A stretch of 64,000 nt of DNA from an uncultured Ectothiorhodospiraceae bacterium (GCA_947258515.1 CAMYIO010000001.1:9373-73372); one strand, 5' to 3'; shown: positions 32,653 to 42,471, counted from the stretch's first letter. The notes: generated by a model not told the origin, from the letters alone. Numbers and translations are program-made.

Positions 32653-33951
32653 TTAGTTCAGGGCGTACACCAGCTGTCCTGCTAGCAATGTATGGGTGAC
32701 ACGTCCCTTCATTTCCCAACCCATAAAGGGTGTGTTGAGACCGTTACTCCGGACGGTGCTGCTATCAAGCTGCCAGCTGGCTGACGGGTCAAATATGCAG
32801 ACATCAGCTGTTGCATCAACAGACAGCGAGCCGTAAGGAAGTCCGAGAATCTTTGCCGGCCCCGCGGTCAGGCGGTGTATCAGGTCCGCGAGTTCGATTG
32901 AGTGTTCATCAACCAGCCGCAGGGCCAGGGGCAGTAGTGTATCCAGCCCTGAAATACCGGGTTCGGTGGCCGGAAACGGTCCCAGTTTCGCGTCGGGTTC
33001 GTGTGGCTGATGATCTGAACAGACGGCCGATACGCTACCTTGCTGCAAGGCATCCCGCAATTGCTGGCGGTCTTCAACAGTACGCAGCGGGGGCATCAGG
33101 TGGCACTGGCTGTCAAAGTCACTGATATCAATCTCTGACAAATACAGATACGGAATGGCAACATCCGCCGTTACCGGTGCACCATCGTACTGTGCACGCG
33201 CGACCATTCTGGCGGCTCGACCGGATGTCAGCCTGCAGAAGTGTGCGCGCACCCCGGTTTGTTCAATCAGCGCAAGATCTCGCGCCACGGCGGCTGTCTC
33301 AGCCGCTTCAGGGATACCCCGCAATCCCAGGCGGGTTGCAACCCGGCCCTCGTGCGCACAACCCTCGTTGGCCAGCCAGTGGTCATTGGGATGCAGGAAT
33401 ACAGTGAGTTCAAAGGTGGCGGCATACTCCATCGCGCGACGCAGTATCAACGGATTGAGTAGCGGCTGCAATGCATTGCTGACGCCGACGCAACCGGCAC
33501 TGCGCAACGCAGCCATTTCGCTCAATTGCTCCCCTCCAAGCGACTGGGTGAGTGCACCCAGCGTAACTATCCGGGCATTACCGGCGGCTTCTGCGCGCAG
33601 CCGAATGAACTCGGTAACGGCCGGGGTATCAATGACCGGGTAGGTATCCGGCGGACAACACAGCGTGGTAATGCCGCCGCTGGCAGCGGCCAGTGATTCC
33701 GTGGCGATAGTCGCCTTTTGTTCCTGACCAGGTTCCCTGAGGCGGGCGCTGATATCTATCAGCCCGGGACAGACGACGCGATGACTGGCGTCGATTTCCA
33801 TGTCGGCCGTGAAACCCTGCGGCGTATTGCCTGATGCAATCACCCTGCCGTCAGCAATGTATATATCCTGGACGGTATCAACATTATTTGCCGGATCTAT
33901 TACCCGGCCACCATGGATCAGGATCCTTGTTGCTGTCTCGATTGCGGGCAT
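32653..33951 (-). CDS. Dihydroorotase-like protein (PyrC'-type partner of ATCase)
   Basis: It has an amidohydrolase fold (GGRVIDPANN..., DISARLREPG). It lies 4 nt downstream of pyrB, as in the Pseudomonas pyrB-pyrC' arrangement. Confidence 0.8.
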   Translation of the reverse strand: MPAIETATRILIHGGRVIDPANNVDTVQDIYIADGRVIASGNTPQGFTADMEIDASHRVVCPGLIDISARLREPGQEQKATIATESLAAASGGITTLCCPPDTYPVIDTPAVTEFIRLRAEAAGNARIVTLGALTQSLGGEQLSEMAALRSAGCVGVSNALQPLLNPLILRRAMEYAATFELTVFLHPNDHWLANEGCAHEGRVATRLGLRGIPEAAETAAVARDLALIEQTGVRAHFCRLTSGRAARMVARAQYDGAPVTADVAIPYLYLSEIDISDFDSQCHLMPPLRTVEDRQQLRDALQQGSVSAVCSDHQPHEPDAKLGPFPATEPGISGLDTLLPLALRLVDEHSIELADLIHRLTAGPAKILGLPYGSLSVDATADVCIFDPSASWQLDSSTVRSNGLNTPFMGWEMKGRVTHTLLAGQLVYALN

Positions 33952-33955
33952 AAAG

Positions 33956-34930
33956 CTAGCCTGTGTCACCTTCTTTTCGCGACATGGCCATCGACATGAC
34001 GGCCATGCGTACGGCAATGCCGTGGGTGACCTGTTCAAGGATTACGGATCGCGGGCCATCGGCTACTTCGGAGTCCATTTCCACACCACGGTTAATGGGG
34101 CCTGGATGCATAACGGTAACGTCCGGACTGGCATGCATGAGTTTTTCTTCAGTTAAGCCGAACAATTCAAAGTACTCGTGTGCACTGGGCAAAAATGCGC
34201 CTTGCATGCGCTCACGTTGCAATCGCAGCATGATAATAACATCCACGTCCTTTATGCCGGTCTGCAGGTCATGGTGTACCTGTGCGCCCAGTGACTCCGC
34301 GTGTGCAGGAATCAGCGATTGCGGTGCGACAATGCGTACTTCGCCGGTATTCAGCAGGTTCAGCGCATGAATCTGGGAGCGCGCAACGCGTGAGTGCAAT
34401 ATGTCACCGACGATGGCAACGCGCAGTGCACCGAAGTCTGCCCCCTTGACGCGACGGATGGTAAACATGTCCAGCATTGCCTGTGTCGGGTGTGAATGCC
34501 AGCCGTCACCGGCATTGATGACACTGATGTGCGGTGCAGCATTGGCGGCAATGAAATGCGCGGCACCACTGTCTGCATGCCGTACAACAAACATGTCAAC
34601 ATGCATGGCTTCAAGGTTGCGCAGGGTATCAAGCAGGGTTTCACCCTTGACGGTGCTGGACTGTGTAATATTGATGTTCAGAACATCGGCAGACAGCCTT
34701 TTCGCAGCCAGTTCAAATGTTGTACGGGTACGCGTACTGGCTTCGAAGAACAGGTTGACAATGGTTTTGCCGCGCAACAGCGGTACTTTTTTTACGGACT
34801 GCTGGGTTACGCCGGCAAAGGACTCCGCTGTATCAAGTATTTCTGTAATCAACTGACGATTCAGTCCACTGATGCACAGGAAATGGCGCAAGCGGCCGTT
34901 CTTGTCTATTTGCAGGCTGTGCCGGGTCAT
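33956..34930 (-). CDS. pyrB: Aspartate carbamoyltransferase catalytic subunit
   Basis: The STRTR motif ([19 protein letters not shown]) and the HPxQ and HPGP motifs are present. Confidence 0.93.
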   Translation of the reverse strand: MTRHSLQIDKNGRLRHFLCISGLNRQLITEILDTAESFAGVTQQSVKKVPLLRGKTIVNLFFEASTRTRTTFELAAKRLSADVLNINITQSSTVKGETLLDTLRNLEAMHVDMFVVRHADSGAAHFIAANAAPHISVINAGDGWHSHPTQAMLDMFTIRRVKGADFGALRVAIVGDILHSRVARSQIHALNLLNTGEVRIVAPQSLIPAHAESLGAQVHHDLQTGIKDVDVIIMLRLQRERMQGAFLPSAHEYFELFGLTEEKLMHASPDVTVMHPGPINRGVEMDSEVADGPRSVILEQVTHGIAVRMAVMSMAMSRKEGDTG

Positions 34931-35433
34931 GCCGTCTTTTGAATTTCCAGTGCCAGTGGATCCGGTCCCGACAGCTTGATGTGTTCGCCGGGGCTCAGTT
35001 CAACATGCCGGCCGACAACATTTGCCTGAATGGGCAATTCGCGTCCGCCGCGCTCAATCAGCGTTGCCAGCATGATGGATGCAGGACGCCCGTAATCGAA
35101 TAGTTCATTCAGCGCAGCACGGATGGTTCGTCCGGTATGGAGTACGTCATCAACCAGGATGATATGGCGTTCATCGATGCTGAAAGGCAGTTGTGACGGT
35201 TGCACCACAGGGTTCATGCCGATGCGTGTGAAATCATCCCGGTAAAAGGAAATATCCAGACTGCCAAGGGGTTCCTCAATATTCAGTTGCCGGTGCAGGT
35301 GTTTGGCAATCCATACACCGCCGGTGTGTATGCCGACCATGGCCGGGTGGCTGATACCGACCCGGGCAAGTTGCTCTCCCAGTTGTGCAGCCATGCCCGC
35401 TATGATTTCAGAAATATTCCCAAGGTCATTCAT
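34927..35433 (-). CDS. pyrR: Bifunctional pyrimidine regulatory protein/uracil phosphoribosyltransferase PyrR
   Basis: It has a PRTase fold ([17 protein letters not shown]) and is 168 aa. It overlaps pyrB by 4 nt. Confidence 0.9.
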   Translation of the reverse strand: MNDLGNISEIIAGMAAQLGEQLARVGISHPAMVGIHTGGVWIAKHLHRQLNIEEPLGSLDISFYRDDFTRIGMNPVVQPSQLPFSIDERHIILVDDVLHTGRTIRAALNELFDYGRPASIMLATLIERGGRELPIQANVVGRHVELSPGEHIKLSGPDPLALEIQKTA

Positions 35434-35830
35434 GTGCTTGTATTTCCAGCCAGTTCTGCAGGATGATCATGGCAGCCACGGCGTCAACTTCCTGCTTGCC
35501 GGCCGTTCGTTTCATGTGTTGCCTGGCAGCGTGTGAACTGAGTCTTTCGTCCGTGAGGTGTACCGGGAGGCGATAGCGCCCTTCCAGTTGTTGCGCAAAT
35601 TTTCTTGCGGCCTTGCTGATATCCGAATAACTGCCATCGTCGTGTAATGGTAGCCCGACGACCAGTGCGTCGGGTTGCCAGTGCTCGATTAATTCGGTAA
35701 TCCTGTCCCAGTCCGGCTTGCCATGGCTGGAGTTGATTGTACACAGAGCCGTTGCTGTCCCGGTAATACTTTGTCCAACGGCGATGCCGATGCGCTGTGT
35801 GCCAAAATCGAAACCCAGCAAGGTTTGCAA
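35426..35830 (-). CDS. ruvX: Holliday-junction-resolvase-like RNase YqgF/RuvX
   Basis: The N-terminus is LLGFDFGTQRIGIAVG. The size is 134 aa. Confidence 0.88.
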   Translation of the reverse strand: MQTLLGFDFGTQRIGIAVGQSITGTATALCTINSSHGKPDWDRITELIEHWQPDALVVGLPLHDDGSYSDISKAARKFAQQLEGRYRLPVHLTDERLSSHAARQHMKRTAGKQEVDAVAAMIILQNWLEIQAHE

Positions 35831-35880
35831 AATTACCGGGTCTGCCCGATGATGGCGGGTGGATGGCAGTTGTTATCCAT

Positions 35881-36444
35881 TCATGCATGTCCCATATCGC
35901 TGGATAACAGGTTGAGATCGACGCCGAGCAGTGCCGCCGCCGCCATCCAGCGCTCCTCGCTGGGGGTATCAAATACGATATTTGAACTTGCAGGGCCGCT
36001 TAACCAGGTATTGGCTGCGAGTTCCTGTTCCAGCTGGCCTGCTCCCCAGCCGGCATAACCCAGGGTGACTATCGCTTTCTCCGGCCCCTCGCCTGCAGCC
36101 ATCGCCTGGAGAATGTCCCGGGAAGAGGTTATGCCGATTTTGTCCGTGACCTTGAGTGTGGCTTCCCAGTCACCCGCTGGCTCGTGTAACACGAAACCCC
36201 GGTCACTCTGAACCGGTCCACCCATGTAAACGGGCCGCGATGAAATTTCATCACTGCCGGGTTCAATATCCATATACCTCAAAATGTCTATTAACCGCAT
36301 ATTCAGCGGGCGATTGATGACTACCCCCAGTGCGCCGTCCTCATCATGCTCGCAGATGTAGGTGGTGGTGTGGTGAAAATTAGGGTCGTCAAGTGCCGGC
36401 ATGGCAATGAGAAAATGATTGCTTAGTGATTGGCTAATGCTCAT
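35881..36444 (-). CDS. yqgE: YqgE/AlgH-family protein (UPF0301)
   Basis: NHFLIAMPALDDPNFHHTTTYICEHDEDGALGVVINRP is close to enteric YqgE. Confidence 0.85.
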   Translation of the reverse strand: MSISQSLSNHFLIAMPALDDPNFHHTTTYICEHDEDGALGVVINRPLNMRLIDILRYMDIEPGSDEISSRPVYMGGPVQSDRGFVLHEPAGDWEATLKVTDKIGITSSRDILQAMAAGEGPEKAIVTLGYAGWGAGQLEQELAANTWLSGPASSNIVFDTPSEERWMAAAALLGVDLNLLSSDMGHA

Positions 36445-36519
36445 GACAATAGTATCAGGCAGATAGCCGGTCACCTTCAAGCCCCTCCAGGGATATAGTC
36501 AGCCCGTTAGAAAGGCGGA

Positions 36520-37377
36520 TTAGTGGCTTTTCAGCTGGTGGGTCGTGGAGAATTCCCATGTGCGCGTGATGTGCAGGATATCCGCGTCCTTCAGGATTTC
36601 AGACGGAAATGGCGCGAAGGGTGCTGCCAGATTGACGATGCGGATGGCTGCTTCATCAATAACAGCATGCCCGGAAGGGCGCAAAATACTGATATTGCGT
36701 ACTGTTCCATCGGAATTCATGGTGACATCCATTATCAGCTTGCCGGACAGACCTTCGCGGCGCGCATCATCCGGGTAATTCAGATTGCCAACGCGTTCAA
36801 CCTTTTTAACCCATTCACTCATGTAATTGGCGTATTTGAATTCCTGGGTGCGTGCTGATACGTAGATATGCCGGGGTCGCTGTGCATAGGCCTGCATTGA
36901 TTCACTGAGCTGTTCGTTGAGGTTGACCATTTCCATGCTGCGCTCGATCAGGTCGGTGGCCTTGATATCAGGCTTGCTGGTATCAGGAATGACATTTTTC
37001 TTTTGATGGTGCCGGGTTTCAGCCGCATCCGTGGTAATAACCTGGGCGGGTGAGGGCGCGGCCTGTTGTGGCCTGACGGCGGGTGCCTGCTCGGGGATTG
37101 CCTGGGTAGGCCTGACCTTTTCAGTGGTATTGCCACCGCCCTCCTGGCTGGTTTGTGCCAGGTAGTCTGCCTCGTCCGGCGGCGGCGTGCGGCGGTTGGA
37201 GACGGTGATATCCAGTGTTGGCAGGATATTTTCAGGTGCAGGGTCGTCATGCAGGCCGAAAGTGATGCCGAGGATAATCATGGCATGCAGGACGAGTGCA
37301 AAAAACAGTGTCAGGGCCATGCGGTCGACGGCCGTGACGGGAGACGTGTCGAGAATGGGGGCATCTATGTTTTGCAT
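36520..37377 (-). CDS. TonB-family energy transducer (positional equivalent of Pseudomonas tonB3)
   Basis: It has an N-terminal TM helix, a Pro/Gln-rich spacer and a C-terminal TonB domain (SGKLIMDVTMNSDGTVRNISILRPSGHAVIDEAAIR). Confidence 0.75.
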   Translation of the reverse strand: MQNIDAPILDTSPVTAVDRMALTLFFALVLHAMIILGITFGLHDDPAPENILPTLDITVSNRRTPPPDEADYLAQTSQEGGGNTTEKVRPTQAIPEQAPAVRPQQAAPSPAQVITTDAAETRHHQKKNVIPDTSKPDIKATDLIERSMEMVNLNEQLSESMQAYAQRPRHIYVSARTQEFKYANYMSEWVKKVERVGNLNYPDDARREGLSGKLIMDVTMNSDGTVRNISILRPSGHAVIDEAAIRIVNLAAPFAPFPSEILKDADILHITRTWEFSTTHQLKSH

Positions 37378-37919
37378 GGGGCATCTTCACTGCACATTGT
37401 GCGGGCAATTATACCGCTGGCGATACCAAACAATAGTGCTGCGCTTAACAGCACTGGAAACAAATGCCAGATAGCCGCATGCGGAATAAATACCAGCCAG
37501 GCAAGCATGAACTGCCCGCTCATGTGGGCCAGCGCCGCGAGCACGCTATAGCCAATTGCTCCAAAGCCCTTGCCTGGAAGGCGGCAGGCGAACCACAGAA
37601 CTGACACGCTGCATACAGCCCCGCCCATACTGAGTATAAAGGTGGGTGACAGGAAGGTCCCAAGCAACAGACTGCCGCAGACTACGCGAAGCAGGCTTAC
37701 CCAGGCTGCCGAGTGCCAGCCGAACTGCAGCAGGACAGCAATGGTGATGACGTTTGCGAGCCCGGGTTTCAGACCCGGCAGAGGAGATGGAATGGCACTC
37801 TCCAGGATATGTATACAGATGGCCAGGGCAGTGAGCCATGCAATTCGATGGTCTTCAGGTGTTGTCTGTATCTGCATGCAAGCAATGGCATTCCGGGAGT
37901 TTGGTCCTATATTAACCAT
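37365..37919 (-). CDS. Gx-transporter / Hpre_diP_synt_I-like polytopic membrane protein
   Basis: There are about 5 TM helices with small-residue-rich helices. Its ATG overlaps the stop of the upstream DUF4124 gene as TAATG, and its 3' end overlaps tonB by 13 nt. The family call is from memory of the motif pattern. Confidence 0.5.
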   Translation of the reverse strand: MVNIGPNSRNAIACMQIQTTPEDHRIAWLTALAICIHILESAIPSPLPGLKPGLANVITIAVLLQFGWHSAAWVSLLRVVCGSLLLGTFLSPTFILSMGGAVCSVSVLWFACRLPGKGFGAIGYSVLAALAHMSGQFMLAWLVFIPHAAIWHLFPVLLSAALLFGIASGIIARTMCSEDAPCKT

Positions 37920-38320
37920 TACCAGCAGTTGTTTCGCAGATACCTTGCATGTTTTTTGAAGTTTTCATTTCCTCTCGATTTTTTGAACATTTCCCTGTTT
38001 TCGGCACAACGTGAGCGCCTGGCTGCCTGCTGGCGGTTACTGCGGGTTCTTGTCACTTGATCTCGCTGCTGTTGTTGCCGCTGACGCTGTTCCATTTTCT
38101 GCAGTCGGGCGTGTTCACTCTGGCGTAATCCGGATTGGCTGTCCATGCCGGTCATCTTCCGCTGCAGGGTGATTGTCCTGGGCTGGTTGCTTACGGGCGG
38201 CTTGTCACCATAGTGTATCTGCCCCTGCATGTCCGTCCATTGATAGGCGCTGTCTTTGGCGCAGACGCTGCACGGCAGCGTGAAATACAGGATAAATATA
38301 GCGGCCACTTCCAGTTTCAT
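37919..38320 (-). CDS. Secreted DUF4124-like protein with Gln/Arg-rich tail
   Basis: It has a signal peptide (MKLEVAAIFILYFTLPCSVCA), the motif YQWTDMQGQIHYGD, and then RQRQQQQRDQ low-complexity sequence. An AAAGG RBS is present. Confidence 0.55.
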   Translation of the reverse strand: MKLEVAAIFILYFTLPCSVCAKDSAYQWTDMQGQIHYGDKPPVSNQPRTITLQRKMTGMDSQSGLRQSEHARLQKMEQRQRQQQQRDQVTRTRSNRQQAARRSRCAENREMFKKSRGNENFKKHARYLRNNCW

Positions 38321-38615
38321 GGGCAATACCTTTGTAATTGATTTGAATATGAATTCCTGTTGCTTGCAGCTGCGCAAGAAGTTCTCGGGAGTAGCCTACG
38401 TTACCTGTAGTACTGATCACCGGACTATGGGCGGCGGTCGCTGCCATCGGTAGGATTTCTCCCGGATATGCAGTTAAAGCGTGATGGTATGGCGCCGATA
38501 ATTGCATCTATCAGCGGGTTATCAAGGTGCATTGGAAATGGCCGGGGATGTGGGAAGGACAAACACCCTGTTAACCGGCAGGGTGAATGCGTCGTTTCAG
38601 ATCAGGTAAGAAAAT

Positions 38616-39020
38616 ATGCTTCAAATACATGCAGATACAGCACGCCTGGGTGGTCCGTTGCTGGGATTGATGCTCTGGCTAAACCCCTTTGCTGCTGTGC
38701 AGGCTGAAGATGATTACCTCAGTATTCTCGAAGCAGAGGCGCAAGACACGGGTACAAGCAGTATTCCTGCAGTTAATCCAGACAAGACCAGTAAACGTAC
38801 TGACGGGTTCAGGAAGGTAAAGGCCGGAAAACTTATTGAACCAGGGCTGGATTTCGAGGCGTTCGAAGAAGCGCTGAGTATGCGTTACTCCGGCAGTAAT
38901 TCACTGTATTTGAGGTTGTCTGATGGCAAACGCAAAGGTGTCTACAGGTTTTATCAGGGCGATAACCGGATCTCATCTATACGTGAAGAGATTGTGCGTC
39001 TCCTGATATCCGGTTCATGA
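38616..39020 (+). CDS. Small secreted hypothetical protein (mature chain ~100 aa)
   Basis: It has a signal peptide (LLGLMLWLNPFAAVQA). An AGGTAAG RBS is present. It is co-oriented with, and 38 nt upstream of, the rhodanese gene. Confidence 0.5.
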   Translation: MLQIHADTARLGGPLLGLMLWLNPFAAVQAEDDYLSILEAEAQDTGTSSIPAVNPDKTSKRTDGFRKVKAGKLIEPGLDFEAFEEALSMRYSGSNSLYLRLSDGKRKGVYRFYQGDNRISSIREEIVRLLISGS

Positions 39021-39058
39021 CTGTAAATCATTATTTTTTGAAAAAAAGGAAATTTTTT

Positions 39059-39808
39059 ATGAAACAGTTTATCGCTACATCATCCACGCTCGCATTGCTT
39101 GTATCGGCTGTGTTTCTCGTCAATTCAAATGCCATGGCTGTCGAAGTAAAACTAACCGATTATCTTGCTTATATCGATGTTGAACATGATGGTGACCGGG
39201 TACGTGTAGAGCGTATTCAGGACGTGGGACACATGCTGGATGACGGCTTTGCCAAGACATCGCGCAAATGCCCTCCTTTCTGTATCCAGCCCATGAAGGT
39301 GGCACCCGGTGTAACCACGGTTGGCGAGGCTGAAATTTTTCGATTCATGGAGCGTGAACTCGCCTCTGGAAGTGGGCTTATTGTCGATGCACGAACCCCT
39401 GCCTGGTACAAAAAGGGTACTATCCCGGGCTCCATCAACATACCTTTCACCGAATTTGTTGCCGGTGTGGATGCCCCGGAAACGATCAAGGTACTGGAAA
39501 CGCTCGGTGCTGTACGTCGCGATGAAGCAGGCTGGCTGTCACGTAGCATAGAGAAACTGTTGGCCAGGCTCGGCCTGTTTGGTGCGGACCAGAAAACGGA
39601 CAAGTGGGATTTTACGAATGCCAGGAAAGTGGTGTTCTGGTGTAACGGTCCATGGTGTGGTCAGTCACCACGAGCAATCAAGGGGCTGCTTGAGTATGGC
39701 TTTCCACCTGAAAAAATAGCCTATTACCGTGGCGGTATGCAGATGTGGAAAGTGCTGGGTTTGACCGTGGTTGTACCCGACAGTGAGGAAGCTGTTGCTC
39801 TGAAGTAG
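39059..39808 (+). CDS. Periplasmic rhodanese-domain sulfurtransferase with N-terminal CPPFC-containing domain
   Basis: It has a signal peptide (LALLVSAVFLVNSNAMA), a rhodanese fold (LIVDARTPAWYKKGTIPGSINIP) and an active-site loop (VFWCNGPWCGQS). The start is at MKQFIAT after an AAAGGAAA RBS. Confidence 0.7.
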   Translation: MKQFIATSSTLALLVSAVFLVNSNAMAVEVKLTDYLAYIDVEHDGDRVRVERIQDVGHMLDDGFAKTSRKCPPFCIQPMKVAPGVTTVGEAEIFRFMERELASGSGLIVDARTPAWYKKGTIPGSINIPFTEFVAGVDAPETIKVLETLGAVRRDEAGWLSRSIEKLLARLGLFGADQKTDKWDFTNARKVVFWCNGPWCGQSPRAIKGLLEYGFPPEKIAYYRGGMQMWKVLGLTVVVPDSEEAVALK

Positions 39809-39832
39809 AGCTGTCGCCGCTGCTATTATACA

Positions 39833-39859
39833 AAGGGACGCTGGTTGCGTCCCTTTTTT
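39833..39859 (+). terminator. Intrinsic terminator (AAGGGACGC-tggtt-GCGTCCCTT-TTTT)
   Basis: A 9-bp GC stem plus a T-run sits 25 nt after the rhodanese stop. Confidence 0.6.
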
Positions 39860-39897
39860 GGTCCTTGCAGGTGGCCAATGCCATGATGTCAGTCTGG

Positions 39898-40257
39898 CTA
39901 AAAGTTTATTGCATCAAAGCGTGGGTCCTGGCCCACGAGAGCCAGACTGATACGGTTGGGCAAACAGGCGGCAAATTCCCCGGCGCTTGTTAACCAGCCG
40001 CTCTGTACACAGACCTTTGTTGTACACGGTGATCTGACAAACCGTGCACGGCCATTCCTGACTTCGATAATACTCTCACCAAGCGCTCCGGCGACACGCA
40101 GCATCCGGTCCGGTTGCAGTGGTTCAGTTACCGGGGCGCTGCTGCCATTGAGTATTTGTACGAAAGTAGCCGGCCCATTGCCAAACCAGAGATGCAGGTA
40201 CAGAAACGGCATGGCACACACTACCAGGAGTATCAGGATGCGATCGGCACGGGTCAT
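39898..40257 (-). CDS. NusG-domain-II-like (DUF1312-type) single-pass membrane protein
   Basis: It has an N-terminal TM helix (ILILLVVCAMPFLYLHLWF), then a beta domain of about 90 aa. It overlaps the apbE stop by 4 nt. Confidence 0.5.
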   Translation of the reverse strand: MTRADRILILLVVCAMPFLYLHLWFGNGPATFVQILNGSSAPVTEPLQPDRMLRVAGALGESIIEVRNGRARFVRSPCTTKVCVQSGWLTSAGEFAACLPNRISLALVGQDPRFDAINF

Positions 40258-41303
40258 TGTAGAGGGGTACTCAGTCTGATTTCTGCATTTATTCCAGGTT
40301 CAAGGTGGATGCGTGACTGCATTGCCGGATTCATATGGATGATCCCTTGATTGTCTATCAACATGACATAGCTTATGCCCATTTTCAATGCTATAGACAG
40401 CCATTCGTCCGGTCCGGCAACAAATAATGCGGTAGTGGCCGCATCTGCGGTTGCGGCATTACTGTGAATAACGGTGACAGATGTCGTGTTTATTGCCGGG
40501 TAACCTGTGCGCGGGTCGATTATATGATGGTAACGCTTGCCATCCACCTCGAAAAAACGTTCATAGTCTCCCGAGGTAAAGACACTGTTGTCACCGGATA
40601 TTTCGATGCTGGCAATGATGCTGCTTTCCCGCGGGTGACGTATGCCAATGCGCCACGGCCGCTCGCCGTGTTGCCCGATAGCGCGTAAATCACCACCGGC
40701 ATTGACGATAGCATTGTGGATGCCCGATTCGCGCAAGCGGTCTATCGCACGATCGATTGCGTAGCCCTTGGCGAAGCCCCCCAGATCGTAGGCAACTGTC
40801 GGGTTGCGGCTGCTTATGAGTGTGCCATCAATGTGTATATCATTAACGGAAGGGGCCTGAACGAGCAGATCCCTGATTGCAGTGCTGTCGGGTAATGTAC
40901 CGACCGGCAGGGCATTGTCATGAAAGCCCCAGAGCGCAATGAGGTTCCCCAGCACCGGATTGAACAGGCCTTCACTCAGCAGGGACAGCCCGTTCGCCTC
41001 ATCGAGCAATGGCAGGAATGACGGCTCGACCGTGCCAGCTCCGGCTCCGGACAGCTGGCTGTTCAGGGATGAAAGCTGGCCGGGCTGCCACGCATGCCAG
41101 CTGGCGTGCATGTTCACGAAATCCTGTTCTATTTGTTTGCAGACGGATTCGGCTAAAGGTAGCTCAGCGCCGTACAGCGTTATATCTATGAGGGTGCCGA
41201 ATGCAAAGAACTGGTCATGAAATACAGGGTCTTTCTGTGTGCTACATCCGCCGGCACCGAGTATCAGCAGCAGGTAGCCCAGTCGAGTGAGTTGTTCGAT
41301 CAT
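40254..41303 (-). CDS. apbE: FAD:protein FMN transferase ApbE (lipoprotein)
   Basis: It has a lipobox (LLILGAGGC) and ApbE core motifs (AFGTLIDITL, DLGGFAKGYAID, TSGDYERFFEVDGKRYHHIIDPRTG). Confidence 0.85.
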   Translation of the reverse strand: MIEQLTRLGYLLLILGAGGCSTQKDPVFHDQFFAFGTLIDITLYGAELPLAESVCKQIEQDFVNMHASWHAWQPGQLSSLNSQLSGAGAGTVEPSFLPLLDEANGLSLLSEGLFNPVLGNLIALWGFHDNALPVGTLPDSTAIRDLLVQAPSVNDIHIDGTLISSRNPTVAYDLGGFAKGYAIDRAIDRLRESGIHNAIVNAGGDLRAIGQHGERPWRIGIRHPRESSIIASIEISGDNSVFTSGDYERFFEVDGKRYHHIIDPRTGYPAINTTSVTVIHSNAATADAATTALFVAGPDEWLSIALKMGISYVMLIDNQGIIHMNPAMQSRIHLEPGINAEIRLSTPLQ

Positions 41304-42250
41304 TTGCCCAGGCGGTTAGCGACCGTATCCAGAAACCAGCCCGCAATATCCGCGTTATACAACGAGTCGAGTTCGCGTATGCAGGTAGGACTGGTGACAT
41401 TTATTTCGGTCATGTAGTCGCCGATGACATCCAGTCCGACAAACATCAGTCCCTGCTCGCGCAATGCAGGTCCAACCTGCTCGCATATCCAGAGGTCTCT
41501 CTTGCTGAGATCTACCCCTTCGCCGCTACCCCCGGCAGCGAGGTTGCCTCGAGTTTCACCGCGTGCAGGTATCCGCGCCAGTGCATGAGGGAAGGGTTCT
41601 CCGTTAACCATCAGGATGCGCTTGTCACCGGCTGTTATTTCCGGGATATAGCGTTGCGCCATTGCGCTTGTCGCACCGTTCGCGGTGATGGTTTCAAGAA
41701 TGACGTTAAGGTTCGGATCATTTTTCCGGACGCGAAAAACCGATGCGCCGCCCATGCCGTCAAGTGGCTTTACGATTATGTCGTTATGCACGTCAAGGAA
41801 TTCCTTGATTCGCCCCATGTCACGGCTTACTCGTGTTGGCGGACAGCATTGGGAAAACCAGGCGGTATAGAGTTTCTCACTGGCATTCCGTATCGCAGCG
41901 GGACTATTTACGACAAGTGCACCATGTGCCTCGGCTCGTTGCAGCAGGAAGGTTGTATATATGAACTCCATATCTATGGGCGGGTCCTTGCGCATCAGGA
42001 CGACATCAAGCTTATCAAGGGGGGCAGTACGCTTGTCCGACAACGTGTACCAGTCGTTCTCGTCATCCCTGACCTCCACGCGGGTTTGTAAGGCATGGCA
42101 GCGGCTGTCCTCCAGAAACAGGTCTCCCTGCTCCATGTAATACAGTTCCCAGCCGCGTTTCTGGGCCGCCAGCAACATGGCCAGTGAACTGTCCTTGCAA
42201 GGTTTGATTGAACCGATCGGGTCCATGACGATGCCTAGTTTTATGTTCAT
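41300..42250 (-). CDS. gshB: Glutathione synthetase
   Basis: It has the N-terminal MKLGIVMDPI...DSS motif and an ATP-grasp domain. The size is 316 aa. Confidence 0.92.
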   Translation of the reverse strand: MNIKLGIVMDPIGSIKPCKDSSLAMLLAAQKRGWELYYMEQGDLFLEDSRCHALQTRVEVRDDENDWYTLSDKRTAPLDKLDVVLMRKDPPIDMEFIYTTFLLQRAEAHGALVVNSPAAIRNASEKLYTAWFSQCCPPTRVSRDMGRIKEFLDVHNDIIVKPLDGMGGASVFRVRKNDPNLNVILETITANGATSAMAQRYIPEITAGDKRILMVNGEPFPHALARIPARGETRGNLAAGGSGEGVDLSKRDLWICEQVGPALREQGLMFVGLDVIGDYMTEINVTSPTCIRELDSLYNADIAGWFLDTVANRLGK

Positions 42251-42471
42251 AAATTAACTGTTTCCGATATCGGGTGGTGGCTCGCTATCTCTATGACTGG
42301 CCAAGATAAAGTTTGCTACTCGATTGACGATAAACCGGTGTAGCAGAAAGCCAATACTAAATTAATTCTCCTGCCGGGGTATGGATAGTGACACGGGTGT
42401 CCGGGCAGAGGCTCCGCGGGAGATTGAGTGATTGGCTTAAGTTCAAAAAAATCAAATGGATAGAGGTCATC

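Noticed and set aside
38205-38507. A 100-aa minus ORF in the promoter region between the DUF4124 gene and the secreted-protein gene.
   Set aside because: It overlaps the DUF4124 gene's 5' end in another frame and lacks an RBS. It is more likely promoter/UTR sequence for the divergent genes.
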